Below are positions 28,586 through 38,274 of a stretch of DNA of 54,080 nt, piece by piece (position 1 is the first letter of the stretch; every line of letters starts with the position of its first letter). The notes under the pieces are model-generated. The model had not been told where the DNA came from. It worked only from the letters and a program-made list of their open reading frames with translations, and ran no database searches. The stretch is taken from positions 1-54,080 of the forward strand of contig JBGSJS010000059.1 of NCBI GenBank assembly GCA_041741735.1. Direction: 5' to 3'. Source of the DNA: Desulfomonilaceae bacterium (GTDB lineage: Bacteria; Desulfobacterota; Desulfomonilia; Desulfomonilales; Desulfomonilaceae). The translations under genes were made by a program, and so were the position numbers.

Positions 28586-30532
28586 TCAGGCGGTCCCGGG
28601 ACCTTCGTACCTGACCGCAAGCATAGTGATGTCGTCCGCACGGGGGGCGTCTTGTGCAAAGGACTCCACAGCGAACATCACTGCCTCGATGATCTCGGGA
28701 GCAGACTTCCCCTTCATCTCCTGCAATACGCCGTGAAGCCTCTCTTCGGAAAAGAGCTCGTCCTGGGGGTTGAAGGCCTCGGTGACTCCGTCGGTGAACG
28801 TGAACAGGGTTTCGCCGGGATTCATGATGAGACTCTCTCTTTTGTAAGCCGCCTCCTCCAGCACGCCGACCACCGGCCCGCCGGGCGGCCCCAACTCAAT
28901 TACCTCCTTCTCACGCAGCAGCATGGGGGGATTGTGTCCTCCGTTGGCGTACAAGAGCTCGCCTGTCTTCAGATTCAGTATCCCGCAAAACATGGTCACG
29001 AACATGCACGAATCGTTCCCTTTTGAGAGCTGTCTATTGAGATGATGGAGAATCTCCTCAGGGGGCACCCCGCCGGCCGCCGCCGAGCGGAGGAGAAATG
29101 TGGTCACAGCCATGAAAAGGGCAGCAGGAACCCCTTTGCCGGAGACGTCACCGATAGCGAAACAGAGACGATTGTCGTCCAGGAGAAAAAAGTGATAGAG
29201 GTCCCCACCTATTTCCTTGGCAGGCTCCATGATGGCGTGTATGTCGAAATCCTTGCGTTCGGGAAACGCCGGAAAACGTGAGGGCAGCATGCTCCTCTGA
29301 ATGCGCGCGGCCACGGAAAGCTCGCCTTCAATTCTTTCCCTCGCGGCCGTGGCTTCAGTGAGCTGCTGAATGTAGTGGGTCAGATCGACGGTCATACGGG
29401 CAAACGCCTGGGCCAATCGGCCTATCTCATCGGCCCTTTGGATTTCCGACAGATCCACATCCAGGTGACCTGTAGCCACGTTGGCGGTAGCTTGCTCCAG
29501 GCGTCGCAAAGGCTTGGTAACGGAACGGGCCGCGATCAGGCTCACCGCAAAGAGAAGAATCGCTCCGGCCACGCCCAGCAAGGCGCTCCTTCTCAGTAAA
29601 CCCTCGATGGGAGCAAAAAGCCGGCTCTTGCGGAAGAGCACCCCCAGCGACCAGCCGTTAACCTTGAATCGTGAATACGCGAGGAAGGAGTCGCCGCCTG
29701 GAAAAAGGTCGCCACAGTCAACGAAGCCCGATTCATTGGCCAGCATCTCTCTGCCGATTTTTTCAAGCTTCTTTGACCCCATCTTCTCGGCGATGGAGAA
29801 GACCGACTCCCTCATGATCCATTCTTCTCGCGGGGCCGTGATAAACGTCCCCTGTCGTGAAATGACAAAATAGGTGCCTGAGTCGCCGATGTGGAGGGAT
29901 GCAAGTTTCTCCGTCAGCCAATTGACCGACACGTCCGCAGTGACCACCCCTTTGAATTCTCCCTGCTTACCGTCCTCTGCAAGGTGGTAAAAGGGAAAAG
30001 AGTAGGTGCACATGATCACGTCGCCGCCGCCCTCGTCGTAATAGGGCTCGCTCCATACGGCTGCTTCACGTTGCTTTGGTATCTTGTACCAATCCTTGTT
30101 GAAGTAATCGTAAGAATCGCTCCCCAGTTGGATGTACTTCACACCATCGGGACTCTTGTGGAAATACGGCGAGAACGCGCGGACTTTCGGTTCGAATGTG
30201 TACGGCTCAAACGCGACGGTTGACCCGAAAATTTCCTCCTGACCAGTGACGACCGCACGAATCAAGAGAAGAAGGTGCAATTGGTCCAGCCGTACCGTCT
30301 CGACGCACAGGGCGAAGTTTCCCGTAATCTCTGCGACTGCCCGGAGCTCCTGCTGCATGGTCAGGGCCTTCGATTCCGCCAGATTCCGAGCTTCCTTTTC
30401 CGCGTTTGCCACGATGATCTTGCGAGAAACCCTGTAGCTGTCGGCAAGAACCATTGCCAAGACAAAAGAGGTGCCGATCATGACCAGAAGGGTGACCTCA
30501 ACCGCCAAACTATGAAAACGGGGTAACTTCAT
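28586..30532 (-). CDS. Membrane sensor phosphatase: dCache-like periplasmic domain, HAMP, and a PP2C-type Ser/Thr phosphatase (RsbU/SpoIIE family).
   Basis: 648 aa. TM helix, extracellular Cache-like region (..YFHKSPDGVKYIQLGSDSYDYFNKDWY..), second TM and HAMP (RSVTKPLRRLEQATANVATGHLDV), then PP2C motifs (LSVAARIQRSMLP...EIGGDLYHFF...FAIGDVSGKGVPAALFMA...DGVTEAFN). Confidence 0.9.
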   Translation of the reverse strand: MKLPRFHSLAVEVTLLVMIGTSFVLAMVLADSYRVSRKIIVANAEKEARNLAESKALTMQQELRAVAEITGNFALCVETVRLDQLHLLLLIRAVVTGQEEIFGSTVAFEPYTFEPKVRAFSPYFHKSPDGVKYIQLGSDSYDYFNKDWYKIPKQREAAVWSEPYYDEGGGDVIMCTYSFPFYHLAEDGKQGEFKGVVTADVSVNWLTEKLASLHIGDSGTYFVISRQGTFITAPREEWIMRESVFSIAEKMGSKKLEKIGREMLANESGFVDCGDLFPGGDSFLAYSRFKVNGWSLGVLFRKSRLFAPIEGLLRRSALLGVAGAILLFAVSLIAARSVTKPLRRLEQATANVATGHLDVDLSEIQRADEIGRLAQAFARMTVDLTHYIQQLTEATAARERIEGELSVAARIQRSMLPSRFPAFPERKDFDIHAIMEPAKEIGGDLYHFFLLDDNRLCFAIGDVSGKGVPAALFMAVTTFLLRSAAAGGVPPEEILHHLNRQLSKGNDSCMFVTMFCGILNLKTGELLYANGGHNPPMLLREKEVIELGPPGGPVVGVLEEAAYKRESLIMNPGETLFTFTDGVTEAFNPQDELFSEERLHGVLQEMKGKSAPEIIEAVMFAVESFAQDAPRADDITMLAVRYEGPGTA

Positions 30533-30590
30533 GACGGAGCCTCAGGCCGCAGGAATCTCGGTCTCTTTCAATGCAGCCGGCATAAATCAT

Positions 30591-30920
30591 TCATTGGCCG
30601 AGCGCCTTATCCAACGACTCATATATGGGGAGGATGTTTGCGAATCCCGAGACATCGAACACTTTCTTCACCACTCCGTGGAGAGAACAGCATGCAATGC
30701 CCCCACCCGCCGCCTTAGCCTTCTTTGCCACTGAGAGCACAATGCGCAGACCCGCACTGCTGATATAATCGAGCCGGCTCAGATCGACAATGAAATCCCT
30801 ATGCCCTTTCGCCATGCATTCCAACATGCACAGCTCAAACTCGGGAGCGTTAACGGTGTCAATTCTTCCTTCCACGGTGACCACGGCAACAGTGCCGACG
30901 GTGCTTACAATCGTATTCAA
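30591..30920 (-). CDS. STAS-domain anti-sigma-factor antagonist (SpoIIAA/RsbV-like).
   Basis: 109 aa from a TTG start preceded by GGGAGG (LNTIVSTVGTVAVVTVEGRIDTVNAPEFELCMLECMAKGHRDFIVDLSRLDYISSAGLRIVLSVAKKAKAAGGGIACCSLHGVVKKVFDVSGFANILPIYESLDKAL). The longer track ORF extends into the conserved leader element. Confidence 0.75.
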   Translation of the reverse strand: MNTIVSTVGTVAVVTVEGRIDTVNAPEFELCMLECMAKGHRDFIVDLSRLDYISSAGLRIVLSVAKKAKAAGGGIACCSLHGVVKKVFDVSGFANILPIYESLDKALGQ

Positions 30921-30980
30921 ACAAGCCTCCCGGACCCTATTCTGTTTTGTGAAGAGCCGCTCCTCGCGGCGGCTGCAACC

Positions 30981-31190
30981 GTGCCGCTCATTAAAATTCG
31001 CGGCGTTCTTCGAGCTGAAGGCCAATGAGCCTTCGACGACATTGTCGCCGGAGATCGGCGCAATTTTTCCGACAGGAGCAGCGCCTTCTTGAGACTTATG
31101 GCAGACCCTATAGTGAAGCGTTAGAAGCCATCCAAAGGGTCCCTGATGACACCACGGCTCTTTTCGTTTGCCGCAGTTTGCAAACCGCCC
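30981..31190 (-). ncRNA. Copy D of the dispersed conserved element, as the 5' leader of the STAS gene.
   Basis: See findings. Confidence 0.45.
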
Positions 31191-31250
31191 TACTATAGGC
31201 TTACAGCGGTCTCTCCCTTGTGTCAACAATCGGTTGGAACGTGCCCCGTC

Positions 31251-32306
31251 TTACGCTGAACCGCCGGTTTGGGTGCGCTCCCAATCCATTTTTACCATCT
31301 CAAAAATCCGGTGCGCGGCTTCCGAATAGAGCTTGATCTCTTCAAAATCGGGCCGGCAGAGGATCTTCTGCATCAACAGTCCATCTCCGTCGAACCAACG
31401 GGGAAGGAGACCTCCGAAGAAAAATCCTCTTGCCCTGCACGAATCCACTGCAGCGACGACGGACGGAGAGTCCAATTTCAGCCATACCTGGAGCACTTCC
31501 ACCTTTTGGGCAACGGCGCGGTTTTCCAGGTCGGAAAGATACGCTCCGAAGTCCGAACCGACCGTCCCCACCGCGATGCGGGCCACCCGCGCAAAATCGA
31601 AAATCGTCATGTCGGCTCTCGATGGGCCTTCAACGTCCACAGCCCCTTCTGCCACGATCAAGTCCCGCTCGTCGTCGAGGCTCGCAAAGAGGAAGCGCAA
31701 TTCCTCCTCGTACACCTTGGGGATAACTACCCGGAGATGTTTGGGTTTGAAGCACCGAAACGCCAGTAGAGCGGCTACTCTGCCGGTGGCGCTTCTTTCG
31801 GCGGTGTACGCCTGGGCCGGCATGAGCGCGACTTCCAAAGCCGTTTCCACGTGCTTGAATTCGATTACGGACTTCTGCATGGTTAGATGATTGCACACCG
31901 GCTCGCCGAAGGTCTCCTCCACGGATTGACAGCTCGTCACCCACTTTTCATACACGAACTCCAGCAGGCGGCGGTTGATGCCCAATTTACGATACTCCCG
32001 CAAGACCAAGCCGGCACCTGCTTCGTAAAGGGAGGAGAACGGTGCGGACCTGAAGAGGTTCTGCACTCCTACCACATCCCCCTTGGGAGCTCGTGCCACA
32101 AAGGTATAGGTGTGACCTGAGGCGTTGGCTTCCATTAGCGCCTCGGGATCGTAGAAGAGTCTTATCGGATATCCTTCTCCATACACCGCACGGAAAAGAC
32201 AAACGATTCCTGGGGCATCTTCAGGGCGAAAGTTGTCCACTTCGAACGGTTGTCCGGGTTCCACCGTTTTGTCAGGTTCTCTTACCGACATGCAGGGCTC
32301 CTTCAC
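31251..32306 (-). CDS. Hypothetical protein with tandem GNAT-like acyltransferase folds.
   Basis: 351 aa. The N-terminal half has an acetyltransferase-like core (GIVCLFRAVYGEGYPIRL...VVGVQNLFRS...AGLVLREYRKLGINRRLLEF). The second half repeats the fold (..ARGFFFGGLLPRWFDGDGLLMQKIL). No strong family assignment. Confidence 0.45.
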   Translation of the reverse strand: MKEPCMSVREPDKTVEPGQPFEVDNFRPEDAPGIVCLFRAVYGEGYPIRLFYDPEALMEANASGHTYTFVARAPKGDVVGVQNLFRSAPFSSLYEAGAGLVLREYRKLGINRRLLEFVYEKWVTSCQSVEETFGEPVCNHLTMQKSVIEFKHVETALEVALMPAQAYTAERSATGRVAALLAFRCFKPKHLRVVIPKVYEEELRFLFASLDDERDLIVAEGAVDVEGPSRADMTIFDFARVARIAVGTVGSDFGAYLSDLENRAVAQKVEVLQVWLKLDSPSVVAAVDSCRARGFFFGGLLPRWFDGDGLLMQKILCRPDFEEIKLYSEAAHRIFEMVKMDWERTQTGGSA

Positions 32307-32319
32307 TTCTTGACGTGCA

Positions 32320-33429
32320 TCAGCACGGGAGAATGGCTTTCAAGGCTTCAACGAATGCTTCCAGGGCTTCCATCTTCGAAACGGTGACTCTGATGTGGTT
32401 GGGAAACCGAAAGCCCGTCATGGTGCGTATCATGATTCCTTTAGTCATCAGCTTGCGATAGGCCAGGGTGTCGCTCATGGGAAGCTTTACCATGAGATAA
32501 TTCCCTTCGCCGACAACCAGCGGGAGATTCAGTTGCGTCAATTCCTTTCGGAGGAATTCCTTTCCTTGTCTCACAAGATCCCTGGTATTCCTGATGTGCA
32601 GTTCGTCGCCCGCTGCAGCAAGCGCCGCCTCCTGAGCCAATGCGTTGACCGAGTAGACGATGCAGGTCCGCCTGATGACGTCCACCACCTCACGAGTGCC
32701 GGCAAGATATCCTATTCTCAACCCCGCCAGACCGTACATCTTGGAGAACGTCCTGAAAACCACCAGGTTGGGATACTCGTCGATCAATGACATCCCATCG
32801 GGATAGTCATCCTGCTCCACAAACTCATAATAGGCCTCGTCAATCACCACAATGCAGCGGCCGTCGATTGCATCGAGGAATCGCCTCATCCCGGCAGTGC
32901 TCCAGTATGTTCCCGTTGGATTGTTGGGATTGCAGACGAAGACTATCTTGGTCCGTTCATCGACCTCCCCGAGCATCGCTTCATCGTCGAACGCGTAGTC
33001 CCTGAGGGGCACCAGTCGAGCCTCGAACCCCGAAAATTGTGCCACCCATTCGTACACGGCAAACGTCTTGTCCCCGGTAACGATGTTGTCTCCTTTCTCG
33101 CAGAAGGCCTTGATGACGAAGCTTATCACCTCATTGGCGCCGTTGCCCACCAGGAACTGTTCGGGATCTTTATGGAAAAGCTCCGCAAGTCGTTGCCGCA
33201 GGTAGTAACAATCGCCGCTGGGATAGACCGCGGCCTTTGGAGGAGGGAATCTCCGGAGAACCTCCTGGGCTGCGAGCGGCGGCCCGAGGGGATTTTCATT
33301 ATTGTTCAGCCGAAACAACCGGGAACAACCGAACGTCTTCATCAGCTCCCGGTCGGGTTTGCTCGGCACGTACGCCGTGAACTGCTTGACGTACTCGGGC
33401 AAGAGGTTATCCAGGGGGCACGACTTCAT
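32320..33429 (-). CDS. hisC: Class I/II PLP-dependent aminotransferase, histidinol-phosphate aminotransferase-like.
   Basis: Start MKSCPLDNLLPEYVKQF; contains LNNNENPLGPP, FRTFSKMYGLAGLRIGY (PLP-Lys) and the C-terminal IRVTVS. The ATG overlaps the upstream gene stop as ATGA (33426-33429). The track ORF begins 38 codons earlier. The HisC versus CobD/other call is not certain. Confidence 0.7.
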   Translation of the reverse strand: MKSCPLDNLLPEYVKQFTAYVPSKPDRELMKTFGCSRLFRLNNNENPLGPPLAAQEVLRRFPPPKAAVYPSGDCYYLRQRLAELFHKDPEQFLVGNGANEVISFVIKAFCEKGDNIVTGDKTFAVYEWVAQFSGFEARLVPLRDYAFDDEAMLGEVDERTKIVFVCNPNNPTGTYWSTAGMRRFLDAIDGRCIVVIDEAYYEFVEQDDYPDGMSLIDEYPNLVVFRTFSKMYGLAGLRIGYLAGTREVVDVIRRTCIVYSVNALAQEAALAAAGDELHIRNTRDLVRQGKEFLRKELTQLNLPLVVGEGNYLMVKLPMSDTLAYRKLMTKGIMIRTMTGFRFPNHIRVTVSKMEALEAFVEALKAILPC

Positions 33430-34835
33430 GAGCGGGACTCGCCGGTAGTAAGCTGGAATATCACGAGATCCCCTTTTCCCGCGTAAGGAAGTATGAGGCG
33501 CGGCTGGAACCCGTTCTCCACGAGCGCCGGAGTAAAATGGCACTGCCAGGATTTCCCCACATCCATTTCGAAGAAGATGCTTGAGATCAGTTCCCTTCGA
33601 AGGGTCTCCACATGGTCGGCCAGGCAGAAGTGAGCATCTTCACCCCACCAGACCGGACGAAGGGTCACTCGATTCCGGCCTCGGTCGAATTCCGCCGAGA
33701 GGACCGAAAATGGCGAGCATGATTCACCAGCTCTCTTGACCGGGAGAATCTCCCTGGCAAAGAAAAGCTTCCGATACTGATGCTGAAGAAACCCTTCCAG
33801 CAAAGGATGCGACCAGACGGTACCGCCAAGGTCTTCTTCAAGGTGTCGGTAATAGGCAACCAGTTCGGCGGCTTCCCCGTCTCCGGCCTGGAACGTCAGG
33901 GACCCGAGGGGCTCGAAGTACTCTTTAGGGAGGTCGGGTGTGGGAAAACGGTTTATGAGACCTTTCGCCCCTGTTCTCGCAATATCTGCAATGCAACTGT
34001 CCAACAGCGCACTTCCCATGGTCGAGTCCGCGGGCTGCCCGAACAGGTACGGGCCGAAACACTCAATCAATCCCGTTCCTTCCCATTTCCAGATGATTCC
34101 TCCGCCGATGTGGCCCATCTTGTCCACGGCAAGGGCGACTTTGTAGTCTCCGGCAGCCACGATGTCCACCATCAAACCGGGTGCCCTGCAGATCTCGGGA
34201 AAGACCTGTCCCGCGCACTCGGTATTGATTCTGCGGACTAGAAGCTTCAACTCCTCCGGGTCTACCGCTTCCTTGATCGAGAAGCCTTTCAAAGGAGATG
34301 CCGGCGGAAGGTCGGGGACGCAATGGTCAGGGTAGGTCTTGGCTTTGGTGAGGGTCAATCTCAACTTTTGCTCGATCTCTTCAAACCTGAACTGCTCGAC
34401 CATCCGCGATGCGATCAGCAGACCCGTTTCGGAGAAGTCCGCGTCAGGGTCCAGGCTCGCCTTGGTCGTGATGTTGAATGACTTCATGTCAAAATCTTCA
34501 GCCGGGAAGAGGAACTCGATCTCCACAAAATATCCCCCACCACGGGAATAGATCCGCACTTCTCCTCCCGGACAGGCAGTTCGAGACAGGTACACGAATA
34601 TCTCTTCCACCGCCAAGGTAAGGGAGAGAGCCTCCGGTTCCTCCAGGCCGAACGCAATGGCCGACTTCTCCGCGAAGGCGGTGGCCAAAGGCAAGAAGGT
34701 CATGTCGGCCCGCAAACGCAACACGACTTCCGGTTTGAACGAAGGTTTCAACGAGGCCTCCTCTGAGCTGGACTCGGTCCGGACCGAAGGAAAGGTATAC
34801 CATCTCAGAAATTTGAAGGCAAACTTAAGGCGCAC
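33426..34835 (-). CDS. Hypothetical protein with an N-terminal anti-sigma-factor-like HATPase (RsbW/SpoIIAB-like) region plus acyltransferase-like C-terminal domains.
   Basis: 469 aa. The N-terminal ~140 aa (..FGLEEPEALSLTLAVEEIFVYLSRTACPGGEVRIY..) resemble GHKL-type anti-sigma kinases; the remainder is unassigned. The start is uncertain (M1 or M45). Confidence 0.4.
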   Translation of the reverse strand: MRLKFAFKFLRWYTFPSVRTESSSEEASLKPSFKPEVVLRLRADMTFLPLATAFAEKSAIAFGLEEPEALSLTLAVEEIFVYLSRTACPGGEVRIYSRGGGYFVEIEFLFPAEDFDMKSFNITTKASLDPDADFSETGLLIASRMVEQFRFEEIEQKLRLTLTKAKTYPDHCVPDLPPASPLKGFSIKEAVDPEELKLLVRRINTECAGQVFPEICRAPGLMVDIVAAGDYKVALAVDKMGHIGGGIIWKWEGTGLIECFGPYLFGQPADSTMGSALLDSCIADIARTGAKGLINRFPTPDLPKEYFEPLGSLTFQAGDGEAAELVAYYRHLEEDLGGTVWSHPLLEGFLQHQYRKLFFAREILPVKRAGESCSPFSVLSAEFDRGRNRVTLRPVWWGEDAHFCLADHVETLRRELISSIFFEMDVGKSWQCHFTPALVENGFQPRLILPYAGKGDLVIFQLTTGESRS

Positions 34836-35307
34836 TCGCTTGCAACCCTGTAAGAGTGATTCCGAATCTCTTCCTGAGAAAGGCCGACCGACCGTTCAAG
34901 AGTCTCGCCCAGCATGACTGATGCAAGATGGCAGGAGGTCTGAAAAGGTGCCGTGCTAAACTCTATGATGCCAAGACGTGGCTCCCGCGGGACGTCGAGA
35001 AGTCCCCGTTGATCTTCCTTTCGCCCTTATCTAGTTAATAGCATTACCCAATATCACCGGATCCGTCGGCCGGCAGTTGGGGACACGTGTCAAATTTACC
35101 TGTGCCATGTGTCAGAAATCCACATTCAGCAAGAATGCGAGAATGAGTGTTCACGGCCTCATTGCATGCCCCGCCTGCCTCAACCTCGATTATGTGTGGC
35201 AGGCACACGCCTGAGAGGTGGATCTTGCCACTTGGTGTCCCTTGTGACTGCCGATGGAAATGGAAATAACATAGGAAAAACCAATTGAAATGACTGTGTG
35301 TGATCAG

Positions 35308-35323
35308 TGGCACTAAAATTGCT
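35308..35323 (+). promoter_or_regulatory. Sigma-54 (-24/-12) promoter: TGGCACtaaaaTTGCT.
   Basis: Exact GG-N10-GC spacing (GG 35309-10, GC 35321-22) with 14/16 consensus matches. Points towards the + strand sORF / V4R / PstS-like cluster. Confidence 0.6.
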
Positions 35324-35399
35324 GTCAAGTTCTTAGGCCACGGTCAATTGAGGGGATCGCCGATTTATCCGTCGGAACAACTATTTGGCGAAAGGAGAA

Positions 35400-35546
35400 A
35401 TGACTGCCCGGTCGGATCGTTGGTACGAAATTCAAGAGACGCGGTCTCTTCTGTTTGAAGAGACGTCCACACGTGGGATGAGTGCCGGACTGACAGGGGG
35501 ACTCACCACGACTAACTATTGCCGCGGGAAGATCAGGCTTTCTTAA
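35400..35546 (+). CDS. Small ORF (48 aa) with a strong SD, ~65 nt downstream of the sigma-54 promoter.
   Basis: AAAGGAGAA-ATG; MTARSDRWYEIQETRSLLFEETSTRGMSAGLTGGLTTTNYCRGKIRLS. Below the 60-aa cutoff of the ORF track. The same SD context (cgaaaggagaa) precedes the next gene. Confidence 0.3.
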   Translation: MTARSDRWYEIQETRSLLFEETSTRGMSAGLTGGLTTTNYCRGKIRLS

Positions 35547-35734
35547 AGCTCGGAATTACTCAGTTGGTCGTCAACCAAAAGATATCGACACATCAAAGCC
35601 GATGAGTCATGAGTGAGGAGTCGTAAGAAACCCGCATTATTCCGGAGGTTTGTCCATCCACTGACGTGGGCGGTATGCCTCCCATCTACCAACACTCTGC
35701 CCCAAGGGGGCAGAGTGTGCGAAAGGAGAACCAT

Positions 35735-35941
35735 ATGGGACTTAGGTTAGTAGAGTACTTTAACAGAATGGACCGGGAATCCATCGCGTTGGGTGAAGCC
35801 CGGATGCAATTGAAGCTCGGCATGTCGCGTAAGCGGGCGGCTGAAGTGGATGACAAGCCGGACCTCATCGAAAAGGCTGAACGAATCCTCAATGAGCTGA
35901 TCCGGACCAAAGATCTTTTCAAGGCACCAAGGAGGTCATAA
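35735..35941 (+). CDS. Small hypothetical protein (68 aa).
   Basis: AAAGGAGAA SD; MGLRLVEYFNRMDRESIALGEARMQLKLGMSRKRAAEVDDKPDLIEKAERILNELIRTKDLFKAPRRS. The stop abuts the next gene start (35941/35943). Confidence 0.5.
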   Translation: MGLRLVEYFNRMDRESIALGEARMQLKLGMSRKRAAEVDDKPDLIEKAERILNELIRTKDLFKAPRRS

Positions 35942-35942
35942 C

Positions 35943-36467
35943 ATGACGGTTACTCTCAATCTGACTCACAGATTTGATCCCAGTGTCAGAAGGCACTATC
36001 TGAACGAAGCGCTATCGGTACTTCACTGCCATCATTACGCCACGCTCTACACCCAATTGGCATTGGACGCTGAAGATCTCGGCGGTGTGAAGAATCTCAT
36101 CGAAGCCGGAGCGGATGTCTTCGGCGGTTTTCTCAATGATTATTATGCAAAGCAAGGAATCACTTCAGCCGCGGATCGGATAGATATCGCGCAGCAGTAC
36201 TGGAAGACGGTCGGCATGGGACTCATTGACATCTCCAGCTCTGATGAGAAGTCCGGAAAAGCCACAATGGAATACTCCCACCTCGACGAGGGATGGCTCA
36301 AAAAATGGGGCGGCATTGACCGGCCGATCAATTTCTTTACGCAGGGATTTCTTGTAGGGGTCTTCTCCGCCGTGTACGGCAAGAGCCCGGATTCATACGA
36401 AGTCTCCGAAACCAAAAGCTTGGTTAAGGGCGACGACATCTCCGAATTTACCATCACACTGAAATAG
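35943..36467 (+). CDS. V4R (4-vinyl reductase-like) domain protein, Cys-less variant.
   Basis: The C-terminus FTQGFLVGVFSAVYGKSPDSYEVSETKSLVKGDDISEFTI fits the V4R terminal pattern (E.kC.a.GD..CeF.I) with Cys replaced by S/L/I. Confidence 0.55.
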   Translation: MTVTLNLTHRFDPSVRRHYLNEALSVLHCHHYATLYTQLALDAEDLGGVKNLIEAGADVFGGFLNDYYAKQGITSAADRIDIAQQYWKTVGMGLIDISSSDEKSGKATMEYSHLDEGWLKKWGGIDRPINFFTQGFLVGVFSAVYGKSPDSYEVSETKSLVKGDDISEFTITLK

Positions 36468-36477
36468 GGAGAACCTA

Positions 36478-37071
36478 ATGGCCATTGATAGAGAGAAGAT
36501 CATAGACGAAATGTCAAAGATTAAGGTCGTGGGGAATGACGAAGGGCTGATTCCTGCGCTGGGCGTATATGTGCAGCAGCTTCCCGCGGACTTTTGGAAT
36601 GGCTTCGCGACACGAATGATCAAGAGCATCGATCCTGAGCTTGCGGACGCAGTTGAGACGATGCTCGAACGTGCCGCCCATGAATGCGGCTATTACACAG
36701 GTCATGGAATCATAACCTCTGAGGAGTGGGACAAGGTAGTCAAACCCATGGTGGAGAAAGTTCCCGAAGATATTCTCTACGGGGCATACGCGGTCTTTTC
36801 CGCGTGGGGTTGGGCGAATTCGGAAATCGTGGAGTTGGTTCCCGGCGAAAAGATGGTGGTGCGAGCCTACAACTATTACGAGGCCGACGGCGCAAAGGCT
36901 GCAGGAATCGTGAGGCCGTTTGCCCACATGATAAGAGGGGTTTCGGCGGCCTTCATGGATCTCGCCTACGGCGATCAGTTTCCCAACGGTCTGGACACCT
37001 TTACCTGCGAGCAAACCAAGGGAATTGAGTGCGGTGACGAATATGGGGAATTTGTGGTGACCAAGAAGTAG
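36478..37071 (+). CDS. V4R domain protein (canonical Cys-containing).
   Basis: The C-terminus TFTCEQTKGIECGDEYGEFVVTKK matches the V4R E.kC...GD..CeF motif. Confidence 0.6.
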   Translation: MAIDREKIIDEMSKIKVVGNDEGLIPALGVYVQQLPADFWNGFATRMIKSIDPELADAVETMLERAAHECGYYTGHGIITSEEWDKVVKPMVEKVPEDILYGAYAVFSAWGWANSEIVELVPGEKMVVRAYNYYEADGAKAAGIVRPFAHMIRGVSAAFMDLAYGDQFPNGLDTFTCEQTKGIECGDEYGEFVVTKK

Positions 37072-37268
37072 TGCCCTGCGAAAGGTCTTCCATCCGAATA
37101 TCGGATGATGCTGCTTTTGGAGAAGAAGAATATCACTTTCAACTGAGGTAGGCACTTCGGGAAACGCATCCGCTCCCGGATTCTTGCCGGGTCCGGTATC
37201 AAGTTCGGCGAACCGGAAATGTAAGCCGGCCGGAAGTGTTCCCGGAAGTGCCCACCCACGGAGATTGC

Positions 37269-38078
37269 ATGAAGAGAATAACGATAACTCTTATCATATT
37301 GGTGTTGTCCGCTCCCCTGGCGTTTGCCCAACCCGACATAGTTAAGATAGGCGGAGCAGGACTCTTAAGCGACCTGACCGTGCCTCTGAGTGAGGAATAC
37401 GTTGCCGGAGGATCAAGCTGCAAGTTTGCAATGGTGCCGTCGACGACCGGCGGCGGATTCAAGAAATGGATTGCGAACGAAGTGCAGTTAGTTCAAGCGA
37501 CCCGGAAGATTACGGACCGGGAAATGAAACAAGCTACGGACAACGGCTTGGTACCGAGTTTCAAATTCATCGGAGTGGTCCCCGTAGCCGTAATCTGTAA
37601 AGCTGATAATCCCGTTGAGAATCTTACCATTGAGCAACTGAGAAGGATCTTCACGGGAGAGATCACCCTCTGGTCGGAAGTAGGCGGCCCGGACCAGAAG
37701 ATATTGGTAACGACAAGGGAAGTGCCCAAGACCGGAACCGGTGTGGTCTTCCAGAGGGAAGTTTTGCGGGGCGCTCCTTATGCCTCCGGCCACAAGGTGA
37801 TGTCAAGCTACGGAACGACGGTTAAGGTATGCGGCAAGTCGTGGGCCATCGGGTACATTCCCACATCGACTGCATACTTCAAGCATTTTGAAAAAGAGGG
37901 CATAAAGATTCTTGGCATAAAGAAAACCGACGACGGTCCGCCGATGAAACCCACATACGGAGCAGCCAAGCAGACCGATTACCCCGTAAAAACGATGTTC
38001 TTTTACTATTGGAATGCCAAATCGGATGACAAATGTCTCGCCGGTTTTGCGGATTTTGCCGATAAGACTGTGAAATGA
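37269..38078 (+). CDS. PstS-family (PBP-like) periplasmic substrate-binding protein, orphan (no adjacent pstCAB).
   Basis: Signal peptide MKRITITLIILVLSAPLAFA, then IVKIGGAGLLSDL... and overall PstS-like topology. GGAG SD 6 nt upstream. Confidence 0.6.
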   Translation: MKRITITLIILVLSAPLAFAQPDIVKIGGAGLLSDLTVPLSEEYVAGGSSCKFAMVPSTTGGGFKKWIANEVQLVQATRKITDREMKQATDNGLVPSFKFIGVVPVAVICKADNPVENLTIEQLRRIFTGEITLWSEVGGPDQKILVTTREVPKTGTGVVFQREVLRGAPYASGHKVMSSYGTTVKVCGKSWAIGYIPTSTAYFKHFEKEGIKILGIKKTDDGPPMKPTYGAAKQTDYPVKTMFFYYWNAKSDDKCLAGFADFADKTVK

Positions 38079-38274
38079 CGGCGGCGGTGCAATCCTTGAG
38101 ACCAGCTTTATTCTTGACTTCGGGGATGAAGCAGGAAAGCAATCTCGTGACTCGTGCTTTTCGCGTCCAAAGCCGGGTCTCAAATCCCTGCCTGCCTTGC
38201 CCCGGACTGAGGAAGAGGCTGAGCCATCTTTCTCATGCCGGGTGAGGCATGGTTCTCCATGAACGGGATCCTAT

